Shown here in pieces: positions 46,724 to 57,154 of a DNA stretch of 64,000 nucleotides. The translations under genes and the position numbers were made by a program. Source of the DNA: an uncultured Acidobacteriota bacterium (GTDB taxonomy: Bacteria > Acidobacteriota > Thermoanaerobaculia > Gp7-AA8). Location of the stretch: positions 1,248,001 through 1,312,000 of the forward strand of contig CAWGHO010000002.1 of NCBI GenBank assembly GCA_963822445.1. The letters are read 5' to 3'. Position 1 is the stretch's first letter. Every line of letters begins with the position of its first letter. The notes under the pieces were generated by a model, which saw only the letters and a program-made list of their open reading frames with translations, searched no databases and had not been told where the DNA came from.

Positions 46724-49490
46724 ATGCCCTCTCGCACAATCTCCATCCGCGGGGCGCGGACGCACAATCTCAAGAACGTATCGGTCGACATTCCCCAGCG
46801 CCAACTGACGGTCATCACCGGTCCGTCCGGCTCGGGAAAGTCGTCGCTGGCCTTCAATACTCTCTATGCCGAGGGGCAGCGGCGGTTCGTCGAGTCGATG
46901 TCGACGTACGTGCGGCAGTTCCTGGAGCGGATCGACCGCCCCGACGTCGATGAGATCGACGGAATCCTCCCCGCCATCGCCATCGAGCAGAAGAACTCGG
47001 TCAAGAACGCGCGCTCCACGGTTGCGACCGCCACCGAGCTTGCCGATCACATCCGCCTCTTCATGACCTACTGCGGCGAGACCTGGTGCCCCGACTGCCG
47101 GGTGAACGTGCGCAAGGAGAGTCCCGAGTCGATCGCCAGCACGATCCTGGAAACGCTCGCCGGCAAGCGCGTGGTCGTGCTCGCCCCGGTATTCTTCGAT
47201 CCCGCCCATCGCGAAGTGGTCGTCGAGCAGCTCGTGAAAGCGGGCTTTTTCCGCGCCTGGCTGAACAACGCCGTCGTCGATCTCAATGAGCTCGATACCT
47301 CGAAGTTCACCTCGCTGGAGATCGTGATCAATCGCCTCCGCGTCGAGGAAGAACGACGGACGCAGATCACCGAGGCGCTGGAGCAGGCGTTCGAGGTCTC
47401 GAAAGGGACTGTCAATGTCCTCGAGGAATCAGAGGAAGGCTGGCTCAGTCACCGATTCACGTCGCACTTCGCCTGCAACAAATGCGGCCTCGAGTTCATC
47501 GAGCCGACCCCGCACATGTTCTCGTTCAACTCGCCGCTCGGCGCGTGCACGAACTGCCAGGGCTACGGCCGGATCATCGGCATCGACATGGAGAAAGTGA
47601 TTCCCGAACCGCGACCTGCGGCTCGACGAGCTGCCCATCGCACCGTGGAACTCGGCCGGTTACGAAGACTGCTACGAAGATCTGGAGAAGGCCGCGGCGA
47701 AGTACAAGCTGCGCCTCGACGTCCCCATCAAAGACCTGTCCGCGGCCGAATGGGAGCTGCTCTACAACGGCCGCAGCAAGTGGTACGGCATCAAGGGCTT
47801 CTTCGAGTGGCTGGAAACGAAAAAGTACAAGATCCACGTGCGGGTGAAGCTCGCCAAGTACCGCAGCTACGAGCCCTGCCCGCAATGCCACGGCTCGCGG
47901 CTCAAGAGCGTGGTGAACAACGTGAAGTTCCGCGAGCTCACCGTCGGCGAGCTCTTCGCGATGAACGTGAAGACCGCGCGGCGCTTCTGGGAGTTCCTTC
48001 CGATGACGAAGCACGAGGAAGGGCTGGCCGGACATCTGCGGCGGGAGATCGTCAATCGCCTGGTTTATCTCGATGAAGTCGGTCTCTCATACCTCACGCT
48101 CGATCGCCAGACCCGCACCCTCTCCGGCGGCGAGTCCCAGCGCATCAATCTCGCGGCGGCACTCGGCAGCTCGTTGACGGAGACGATGTACGTGATCGAC
48201 GAGCCGACGGTCGGACTGCACGCGCGCGACAGCGAGCGCCTGCTGGCCGTGTTGCGGCGATTGAAGAACGCCGGGAACACGGTGATCGTGGTGGAGCACG
48301 ATCCGACGATCATTGCCGGGGCGGATTATTCGGTTGAACTTGGACCGGGAGCAGGCGAGTACGGTGGTGAGGTGATGTATTCGGGGCCGGTGCGCGTGTC
48401 GGAAGTGCCCGTCCCGCCCAGGTCCCTCGACTCCGCTCGGGATGACATGGGCAAGCTCAAGATCGTCAACGCGCGCGAGCACAACCTCAAGAACGTCACC
48501 GTCGACATCCCCCTCGGCAAGCTCGTCGCGGTGACCGGTGTCTCCGGCTCCGGCAAGTCGACGCTCATCCGCAACTGCCTGTACAACCGCTACCAGCGCG
48601 ATGTGCGCGGCACGGCCGGACTGGAAACGGGCAAGGTCGACGCGATTCTCGGCGTCGACCGGATTTACGACATGGAGCTCGTCGACCAGTCGCCGATCGG
48701 ACGCTCGTCGCGTTCGAATCCCGCGACGTACATCAAGGCCTGGGACGAGATCCGCAAACTGCTCGCCGAAACGACGACCGCGAAACTGAACGGCGTCACG
48801 CCGGGCATGTTCTCGTTCAACACGGAAGGCGGGCGTTGCGAGGTCTGCCAGGGCGCCGGGACGGTGACCATCGACATGCAGTTCCTCGCGGACGTGGAAG
48901 TGGTCTGCGACAAATGCGACGGCCGCCGCTTCGGCGAGCAGGTGATGAAGGTGACGTTCAAAGGGAAGAACGTGAACGACATCCTCAACCTCACTGTCGA
49001 TGAAGCAGCGAAGTTCTTCGTCGCGAAACGCGCGCTGCTCAAGCGGCTCGACGCCCTCCGCTCCGTAGGCCTCGGCTATCTCCGCCTCGGCCAATCCACC
49101 GATTCGCTCTCCGGCGGCGAGGCCCAGCGCCTGAAGCTCGCGTCGTTCCTCTCCGAAGCCGCGAACATCGACAAGCCGCGCCTCTTCCTCTTCGACGAGC
49201 CGACCACCGGCCTTCATCACACCGACGTGCAGGTGCTGATCAAGACCTTCCGCGATCTGCTCGAGCGCGGGAACTCCGTCCTCGTGATCGAGCACAACAC
49301 GCAGCTCATCGAGCAATCGGACTGGGTCATCGACCTCGGCCCCGAGGGTGGGGACGGGGGCGGGGAGGTGGTGGCGGTTGGAACGCCGGAGGAGATCGCG
49401 GGGAATGAGCGGTCGATTACGGGTAGGTATTTGTTTAGGAGTGCGGTGGCGGAAGCCACCGCTTTGGCAGGCAGCGCCGCCGCTCTGTAG
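46724..49490 (+). CDS. uvrA: Excinuclease ABC subunit A; apparent +1 frameshift at 47603-47605
   Basis: Two ABC modules ([23 protein letters not shown] twice) and zinc fingers; removing one C joins the two ORF halves ([16 protein letters not shown]). Confidence 0.9.
48421..48448. repeat. REP family C copy inside uvrA
   Basis: GGTCCCTCGACTCCGCTCGGGATGACAT, 28/28 identical to 55799-55826. Confidence 0.9.
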
Positions 49491-49528
49491 CGATACCAGA
49501 GCGGCGGCTTTGCCGCCGCACTCCTAAA
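49434..49528. repeat. REP-like inverted pair (family D) overlapping the uvrA 3' end
   Basis: TTTAGGAGTGCGGTGGCGGAAGCCACCGCTTTGG ... CCAGAGCGGCGGCTTTGCCGCCGCACTCCTAAA. Confidence 0.85.
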
Positions 49529-50158
49529 TTACCTCCGCGAATCCAGCGCGTCGATGCGATTCGCCTGGAACACGTTCCCGCGCACCCACTCCCCCTCGAG
49601 CTCCACGTAATCGCCGCGGCGGACGTCGGAGATGTCGATGCCGTAACGGCGGCGATCGGCGCGACGCGCGTCCACGGTGATTTGCCGGCCGCTCCGCTGA
49701 TCGCGGATCTCCATCACGTCGCGGCGGTAATCGATCCGCTGCACCACGCCGGAGACATAACCGTTTCCACCACGGCCACGGCCGCTGTTGTCGTCGTAGA
49801 TGTCGGCGTTGGAGACGTAGATGTATCCGCGGTCGTCGTAGTAGCCGCCGCCGAGGCGGATGTTGATACCGATCGAGAGGCCGCGATTGTGGCCGCGCCA
49901 CGCGGATGACGGCACGTAGTACCACTGGCTGCCGCGATCGAGCTGCACGCGATAGCCATCGCGCTCCCGATGAAGATTGGTCACGCGACCCTGCGCCGAA
50001 AGATTGCGTCGATCATCACGCCGATCTTCGCGACGCTCCTCGCGTCGCTCCGAGCGACGCCAGTCCGCCTCGTTTTGAGGACGCGATTCCGCGAACGTGG
50101 ACGTGGCGAGCAACGTTGAAACTGCGAGAACTGCACTTAACTGCTTGAATTTCTTCAT
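49529..50158 (-). CDS. Secreted Arg/Asp-rich hypothetical protein
   Basis: RBS GGAGG, signal peptide, C-terminal DUF5666-like beta domain. Confidence 0.75.
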   Translation of the reverse strand: MKKFKQLSAVLAVSTLLATSTFAESRPQNEADWRRSERREERREDRRDDRRNLSAQGRVTNLHRERDGYRVQLDRGSQWYYVPSSAWRGHNRGLSIGINIRLGGGYYDDRGYIYVSNADIYDDNSGRGRGGNGYVSGVVQRIDYRRDVMEIRDQRSGRQITVDARRADRRRYGIDISDVRRGDYVELEGEWVRGNVFQANRIDALDSRR

Positions 50159-50245
50159 GGTCCCTCCTAGGACGATCACTGCTGCCGGGACCGTTTCGCA
50201 ATCGATTGACCAGAATCAGTGCAGCGCTGCTACGGAGCTGTCACG

Positions 50246-50260
50246 TGGCAAAACGGTTGC
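50246..50260 (+). promoter_or_regulatory. Candidate sigma-54 promoter of the OPT gene
   Basis: TGGCAAAACGGTTGC with correct GG-N10-GC spacing. Confidence 0.5.
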
Positions 50261-50308
50261 TGTCGCTAAAGTACAATTCATCCACTTTTCGAGAGCAGGA
50301 GCGACGCA

Positions 50309-52705
50309 ATGAGTGTTGTCCCGCCACAAGACCATCCGGACCGTGTCGGGTGGAAGCCAGACGGACCCGCGCCATTTACGCCCTACATCGCGGCCGACAC
50401 GACCCTTCGCGAGCTCACGCCGCGCGCGGTGATCGTCGGCACGATCCTGGGCATGATCTTCGGTGCGTCGTCTCTCTACCTCGTGCTGAAGGTCGGACTG
50501 ACGGTGAGCGCGTCGATCCCCGTCGCGGTCATCTCCATCACCCTCTTCCGGATTCTCTCGAAGATGGGCGCGCGCAACGCGACGATCCTCGAGAACAACA
50601 TCGTGCAGACCGCCGGGTCGGCCGGCGAGTCGATCGCGTTCGGCGTCGGCGTGACCATGCCGGCCATCCTCATCCTCGGCTTCGACCTCGAGATCACCCG
50701 GGTCATGCTCGTCGCCATCCTCGGCGGCCTGCTCGGCATCCTGATGATGATTCCGCTGCGGCGCGCGCTCATCGTCGCGCAGCACGGCATCCTCAAGTAT
50801 CCCGAAGGCACGGCCTGCGCCGAAGTGCTCAAGGCCGGCGCGAGCGATGAATCCCGCGCGGCCGCGTCCGAAGCAGGCCCGCCGCGAACAGGAAGCGCTG
50901 GGCGGCGCGGGCACGAGCGCGAAAACGATCTTCACCGGCTTCGGCATCGGGCTGGTCTACAAGACCGTCGATGGTCGCATTCCACGGATGGAAGGACGTG
51001 CCGGACGAAAGTCTTCGGCGCGCCGTTCCGAACGCCGCATCCGTTTCCGTCGAGATCTCGCCGGAGCTCCTCGGCGTCGGCTACATCATCGGACCGCGCA
51101 TCGCCGCGATCATGTGCGCCGGCGGCGTGCTCGCGTACCTCGTGCTCATTCCGATGATCAAGTTACTTCGGCGACGGCGCTGACCGAGCCGCTCGCTCCG
51201 GAGACGACGACGCTGATCAGGGACATGGGCCCGGGCGCGATCCGCAACGCATACATCCTCTACATCGGCGCAGGCGCCGTCGCCGCGGGCGGAATCATCA
51301 GCGTCTTCCGCTCGCTGCCGATGATCTGGCACGGCATCAAGGGCGGCCTCGCCGACTCTCGACACGGCGAACGCAGCGGAACGGTCGATTCCGCGGCCGT
51401 GCCGCGCACCGATCGCGATCTCTCGATGAAGGTCGTGCTCCTCGGCATCATCGCCCTCATCGTGGTCATCGCCTTCTGCGAACCCGCTGTACGTCGGCGG
51501 AACGGGCATCGCGGCGCGCATCGCCGCGGCGATCCTGATCATCATCTTCGGATTCCTGTTCGTGACCGTCTCCTCGCGGCTCACCGGCGAGATCGGCTCG
51601 TCGTCGAATCCGATCTCCGGCATGACCGTGGCGACGCTGCTGCTGACCTGTCTCTGCTTCGTGGTTCTCGGCTGGACCGGCAGCAACTACTACGTCACCG
51701 CGCTGTCGATCGGCGCGATCGTCTGCATCGCCTCCTCGAACGGCGGCACGACCTCGCAGGATCTGAAGACCGGGTTTCCTCGTCGGCGGCACGCCGAAGT
51801 ATCAGCAGATCGCGATTCTCATCGGCGCCCTGGCCTCGGCCCTCGATCCTCGGACCGATCCTCCTCAAGCTCAACGACGCCTACTCGGTGTACGTGCCCG
51901 TCGGCAGCGCACTCTCGCCGGAATCACCGCCGGCTCGGCGACGCCGAGCGAAGTCGCGCCGTCGAATCAGTACCACGGCCGCGAGGCGGTGAAAGGCGTG
52001 CTGGCGCAGGGCGGCCGCCGACACGAAGGAGTACAACGTCTGGTTCCGTCACGATCCGTCGGGCGGCAACGCCGAGAAGTACCTCGTCGACGACGCGGGC
52101 AAGCCGGTTTACTTCGTCGATCCCGGCATCAACGGCGCGATCCGCAAACTGCCCGAACGGCGCAGGACGTGCCGAAGTTCGACGCGCCGAAAGCCACGCT
52201 GATGTCGTACATCATCAAGGGCATCCTCGGCGGCGAGCTGCCGTGGGGCCTGGTGCTCCTCGGCGTGATGATCGCGGTCGTGCTCGAGCTGTCGGGCATT
52301 CCCTCGCTCGCATTCGCGGTCGGCGTCTACCTCCCGTTGTCGTCATCGTCGCCGATTCTCATCGGCGGCCTGATTCGCTGGGCGGTCGACAAGTGGATCG
52401 CCAAGAAGCACGCCGGCAAGAACCTGACCGAAGAGCAGCTCGTGGCCGAAGGCGACAAGAGCCCGGGCGTGCTGATGGCCTCCGGTTACATCGCCGGCGG
52501 CGCGATCGCCGGAATCATCATCGCCTTCCTCGCCGGCGTGCCGGGCATGGAAGGCTTCAACGCGGCGATCAACGCGTGGGGCGAGCGGAACCCGCTGCAT
52601 ACCGGTCCGATGTCGGATCTGTTGTCGCTGATCCCCTTCGCGATCCTGATCATCCTGCTCTACCTGACCGGCCGCGAGAAGTTGCTGGCGCACCGCGAAG
52701 TGTAG
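50309..52705 (+). CDS. OPT-family oligopeptide transporter with multiple frameshifts (sequencing errors or pseudogene)
   Basis: [48 protein letters not shown] and APKATLM fall in different frames. Confidence 0.85.
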
Positions 52706-52727
52706 GAACCCAGAATCGAGGGACAAT

Positions 52728-52756
52728 GGCCGGACCCAAAAGGTCCGGCCTTTTTT
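52728..52756 (+). terminator. Rho-independent terminator after the OPT gene
   Basis: GGCCGGACC-CAAAA-GGTCCGGCC-T6. Confidence 0.8.
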
Positions 52757-55354
52757 ATGTTCCTCACGTTCGTGGCCATCGTCATCGCCGTCATCGCGCT
52801 GATCGTCGCGCGATCGGCGAACCGCCGCGTCGATGAGCTGGAGCGCCGGCTCGCGCCGCGGGTTGACGTGCCCGTTCCACCGCCAGCACCGGTCGCCGAG
52901 CCCGAGATCCCGATCTATCAACCCGAACCCGAGATCCCGATCTACGCGCCGCCACCATCAACTCCACCCCCTCCGCCTCCCCCGCCTACCGCGCCTACCG
53001 TCCAGCAAGCGCCTACCGCCTACCCTCAAGCGACAGCGCCGCGCGCCTGGGCCTTCGATTGGGAGAGCTTCGTCGGAATCCGGCTCTTCTCCTGGATCGG
53101 CGGCATCGCCTTCGTGCTCGCGGCGGTCTTTCTCTTCAAGGAAGCGGTCGAGCATGGCTGGCTGCGACCGTCGTTCCGCGCGGCGATGGGGCTGATCGTG
53201 GGAATCGGGCTGCTGGTCGGATGCGAATTGAAGGTCGCGCGGAACTACGTCTTCACCGCGAACGCGATGGAGGGCGCGGGCATCGCCATCCTCTACGCGA
53301 CGCTCTTCGCGATGCATGCGCAATGGCAGCTCGTGCCGTCGGCGGTGGCCTTCGTGGGCATGCTGCTCGTGACCGCGGTTGCCGTCTTTCTCTCCACGCG
53401 CCGCGACTCCGTCTTCATCGCTCTTCTCGGATTGATCGGCGGCTTCGCGACGCCGGCGTTGCTCTCATCCGGTGAAAACCGGCCCATCGCGCTGTTCTCC
53501 TATCTGCTACTGCTCAACGGCGGGATCTCGTGGATCGCGTACCGCAAACGCTGGCCGCTGCTCACCGCGCTCAGCATCGCCCTGACCGTGTTCTATCAAT
53601 GGTCGTGGGTCGATCGGTTCCTGACCGCGGATCAGTTGCCGCTGGCTACCGTGATCTTTGCGTTGTTCGCGGCGGTGGGTGCGAGCGCTCTCTGGCCGCG
53701 CGGCGGGGACGACGACGTCCGTCCGCTGTTTCGTCGCATCGCCGCGGCCGCGGCGGTCGTGCCGCTGATCTTCGCGTTTTTCACAGCGGTCGTGCCGGAG
53801 TACGGCGCGCAGTACTGGCTGCTCTTCGGATTCCTGTTGCTGATGACCGCCGGCCTGACCGCGATCGCAATCCTGCGCGGCCCGGAGTGGCTGCACAACG
53901 TCGGCGCGGTGGCCACGCTGGTGACCTGGTTCATCTGGCTGACGGTCTCCTACACACACGCCTCGTGGCCCTGGTCGCTGGTCTGGCTGGCGGTGTTCGT
54001 CGCGCTCTATCTCGCAGCCGGTCTGCGGCTGCGCATGATCGCCACATACACGGCGGGACTGTTGTTCTTCGTCTTCATCGCTCTCGCCGATCAGGAGCCC
54101 GCGCGCTCGCTGACGACGATCGGGGCGATGCTGGCGCTGCTGGCGATCGTGATGGTCTTCGCGATCGTGAGGGCGATGCCGATGCTCGCCGCGATCGCCC
54201 TCGGTCTGTCCTCGATCGCGACGATGGTCATGAATCCCGGCCTGCGCATCGAGTTGGTCACACAACTCATCCTCGTAACCGCGTTGCTGGCCATCGCGTG
54301 GATCTCCGGCCGGCACTTCCTGGCAGTGCTGGCCGTGCCGTTTTACGGCGCAGCAATCCTCGCGGCATCGCTGCCGACCGGCGATTCGCAACTGATGTTC
54401 GCCGCCATTCTCTACGCGCCGTTCATCCTTTACCCGCTGTTCCTCGGACGGCGCGTGAAGCAGTCGATGGCGCCGCATTTCGCCGCGGCACTGGCCAGCG
54501 CGGTCTTCTTCATCGCCGCGTACGACTCGCTCGAGCGGATGCGCCTCGCCGACTGGCACGGCGTGATGGCGGTGGGCATCGGGCTGGTGATGGTCGTGCT
54601 TTTGTGGCGGCTCCTGCGCATCGACGAGAACACGTCGCGACTCGCGCTCGTCGCCGGAACCGCACTGGCCTTCTTCACCGCCGCGATCCCGTTGCAGTTC
54701 GAGAACGAGTGGTTGACCGTGGCCCTCGCCCTCGAAGCCGCGGCTCTGGCGTGGCTGTTCAGCAGAATCCCGCATCGCGGTCTGCTTCTGTGGAGCGGTG
54801 GATTGGCGATCGCCGTTCTGATCCGCCTCGTCTTCAATCCGGCCGTTTTCGAATATCACCCGAAAGCGGGGACGCCGGTCTTCAACTGGTACCTCTACAC
54901 GTATCTGATCTGCGCCGCGGCGATGTTCATCGCCGCCTGGATCGCACCGCGCGACGAGCCGAACCTGCGCCGTTTCTACGCTGCCGCGGGGACGATCGAG
55001 CTGTTCTTCCTGCTGAACATCGAGATCGCCGACTACTACTCGGTCGGCGACATGCTCACCTTCAACTTCATGGGCTCATCGCTCGCGCAGGACCTGACGT
55101 ACACCATGTCCTGGGCGCTGTTCGCCATGGCCATGCTCATCACCGGCATCGCTCTGCACTCCCGAGGTGCGCGAGTGGCCGCGCTGGGACTCCTGCTGAT
55201 CACGATCCTGAAGTGCTTCCTCCACGACCTGGCCCGCCTCGGCGGCCTCTATCGCGTGGCTTCGCTCTTCGGCCTCGCGGTGTCGCTCGTGGCCGTGGGG
55301 CTGATGCTGCAGAAGTTCGTGATGATGAAGCGGGAGTCGCAGCCTACAGCGTGA
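52757..55354 (+). CDS. DUF2339-like large membrane protein
   Basis: Pro-rich linker, DWESFVG..LFSWIGG, GGFATP, C-terminal [14 protein letters not shown]; many TM helices. Confidence 0.8.
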   Translation: MFLTFVAIVIAVIALIVARSANRRVDELERRLAPRVDVPVPPPAPVAEPEIPIYQPEPEIPIYAPPPSTPPPPPPPPTAPTVQQAPTAYPQATAPRAWAFDWESFVGIRLFSWIGGIAFVLAAVFLFKEAVEHGWLRPSFRAAMGLIVGIGLLVGCELKVARNYVFTANAMEGAGIAILYATLFAMHAQWQLVPSAVAFVGMLLVTAVAVFLSTRRDSVFIALLGLIGGFATPALLSSGENRPIALFSYLLLLNGGISWIAYRKRWPLLTALSIALTVFYQWSWVDRFLTADQLPLATVIFALFAAVGASALWPRGGDDDVRPLFRRIAAAAAVVPLIFAFFTAVVPEYGAQYWLLFGFLLLMTAGLTAIAILRGPEWLHNVGAVATLVTWFIWLTVSYTHASWPWSLVWLAVFVALYLAAGLRLRMIATYTAGLLFFVFIALADQEPARSLTTIGAMLALLAIVMVFAIVRAMPMLAAIALGLSSIATMVMNPGLRIELVTQLILVTALLAIAWISGRHFLAVLAVPFYGAAILAASLPTGDSQLMFAAILYAPFILYPLFLGRRVKQSMAPHFAAALASAVFFIAAYDSLERMRLADWHGVMAVGIGLVMVVLLWRLLRIDENTSRLALVAGTALAFFTAAIPLQFENEWLTVALALEAAALAWLFSRIPHRGLLLWSGGLAIAVLIRLVFNPAVFEYHPKAGTPVFNWYLYTYLICAAAMFIAAWIAPRDEPNLRRFYAAAGTIELFFLLNIEIADYYSVGDMLTFNFMGSSLAQDLTYTMSWALFAMAMLITGIALHSRGARVAALGLLLITILKCFLHDLARLGGLYRVASLFGLAVSLVAVGLMLQKFVMMKRESQPTA

Positions 55355-55682
55355 AGCGCCGCTGTTCAGCGCGCGACCAGGTCGCGGCGATCCGCTTCGC
55401 CGTCCACCGCGGCAGGATCACCCGCGCCCACCAGAAGTGCAGGGCGATCGCGGCGTTCGTCGCCTCGAGAAGCGTCAGCGACTGATCGCGGTCGAGAAAC
55501 GGCATCCGCATGTCCGGCCAGCGGAGGAAGAGGTAGTCGACGGCGATGATCAACGCGATCTGCGCGACGTCCCGCGCGATCGTCCGGCGCCGGGCTTTGC
55601 GAATCGCGGCCTTGGCGTCGCAGGTCACGGCAGGCGGACAGGCAGCGGTTTTGACTCCCGGGAGCAGCTCGTCTTTTGGCAT
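55344..55682 (-). CDS. Small membrane hypothetical protein
   Basis: 112-aa ORF from ATG 55682 with two hydrophobic segments. Confidence 0.55.
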   Translation of the reverse strand: MPKDELLPGVKTAACPPAVTCDAKAAIRKARRRTIARDVAQIALIIAVDYLFLRWPDMRMPFLDRDQSLTLLEATNAAIALHFWWARVILPRWTAKRIAATWSRAEQRRFTL

Positions 55683-55725
55683 CGTGGGATGTTTAAAAAG
55701 GAGGTGTGAATAACTATTCCGCACC

Positions 55726-55826
55726 GTGCCATCCCGAGCACCAGTCGAGGGATCTGGCGGGCTCGTGTGCACGATCGGGGCGACCCCCGCTCCGGCCGGG
55801 TCCCTCGACTCCGCTCGGGATGACAT
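55726..55826. repeat. REP family C inverted pair
   Basis: GTGCCATCCCGAGCACCAGTCGAGGGATC ... GGTCCCTCGACTCCGCTCGGGATGACAT. Confidence 0.85.
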
Positions 55827-57100
55827 CAACGGTTCCTCAATCGAATCGTCTGCGCGATCAGATTCCCGCGCGTATCCGTAAATGCTTTGATGACAACGGT
55901 ATCGCCGACTTTCAACCCTTCGGCATTCGTGTAAGTGGCGCCTTTCGTCCGCACCGCAAAATCTTCGGACACCCAGACCCGGACCGTGCGATTCAGGTCC
56001 TTGTCCAGCACCGCGATGGTCGCCGCGTCCTCCAGGGTCTCCCGGACCGTACCCGTGAACGTCACCGTGCTGAACCGGACGAACTCGTCGTCCTCGACAG
56101 CCGGCGAGGTGGTCCGCGGCGCGATGCTTCTGTCCCCGGTCGTGAAACGGACCGTCGAGGCCTGGAACATGTCGCCGGCGCGGTTGTAACTGCCGCTGAT
56201 GTCGACCATGTCTCCGGGGCGCATGTCTCGGGCGTGAATCCGCTCGCCGCGCGCGTCCTCGGCATTGCCCATGTCGACGCGGATCTCGCCGCGGGCACCT
56301 TCGACGTACGCGTAGTCGAGCGCGGTGTCGACGCGCAGCACGCGACCGGCGATCGCGGTGATCGTTCCGCCCTCACCGCCGCGGACTTCCTGCACCGACT
56401 GCAGCACTTCGATGCGCCGCGCGGTGATCTCATCGGCCTGCGCGGTGCGCGGGTCGGCTTCGACGCGGATGCGGTCGCCGATCTCGAGATTGGTGATGCT
56501 GAACTGCTCGCCGCGGAACATCACCGGGGTGTTGCGGTAGGTGTTCACGGTGATCATCCGCCGCTGCGCGGTCTGAATCATGATCCGGTTCTCGTCGACG
56601 TTGATCTGCCGCACCGTACCTTCCGCACTCCCCGCAGTCGGTGCGGCGGTCCCCGTCGTGCGGTCATCGGTTGGCGTCGCTGCGCTGTTCGGGGACCGGG
56701 TCTGGCCGACGCCGACCTGTCCGGCCGGAATCGAGCGGCCGAGGAGCGTGATCGTTTCCGCGCGGATGACGTTGTCGCCGCGCGGCGTGCCGCGGATGGA
56801 GATGCGGTCGCCGAGGCGGATGTTGGAGAAGCCTTTGGAGCCGGTGAAGATCTCCGGCTTGCCGGCGATCATCGTCCCAAATCCGAGGTATTGCGTGGAG
56901 ACCGCGTCGGTCTCGATGGAGCTGCGGGCGTAGCGGTCGTCATCGGGCTCGATCGCGAGCCGCCCGCGGCCGTTCTCGATGTCGATGACCGTGCCGGTCA
57001 GCGCGCCTGTCCCCGACTGGGAACCCGATTGCGCGAAAGTGGACACCGCCGCCAGGAGAAAAATCGCGTAAACCATTGAAAAACGGGTGGTTCGTCTCAT
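55826..57100 (-). CDS. Secreted protein with about four DUF5666-like repeats
   Basis: Signal peptide; repeated GTV...(L/I)xxGDx(I/V)x(I/V) units. Confidence 0.7.
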   Translation of the reverse strand: MRRTTRFSMVYAIFLLAAVSTFAQSGSQSGTGALTGTVIDIENGRGRLAIEPDDDRYARSSIETDAVSTQYLGFGTMIAGKPEIFTGSKGFSNIRLGDRISIRGTPRGDNVIRAETITLLGRSIPAGQVGVGQTRSPNSAATPTDDRTTGTAAPTAGSAEGTVRQINVDENRIMIQTAQRRMITVNTYRNTPVMFRGEQFSITNLEIGDRIRVEADPRTAQADEITARRIEVLQSVQEVRGGEGGTITAIAGRVLRVDTALDYAYVEGARGEIRVDMGNAEDARGERIHARDMRPGDMVDISGSYNRAGDMFQASTVRFTTGDRSIAPRTTSPAVEDDEFVRFSTVTFTGTVRETLEDAATIAVLDKDLNRTVRVWVSEDFAVRTKGATYTNAEGLKVGDTVVIKAFTDTRGNLIAQTIRLRNR

Positions 57101-57154
57101 GAAGCCTCCAGGTTGAAAGGAGATGAGCGCAAGCCTTGGGCCTATCTCACGTCC

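Noticed and set aside
47595-47615. Programmed frameshift or split uvrA
   Set aside because: No slippery heptamer; same extra-C signature as other indels in the window.
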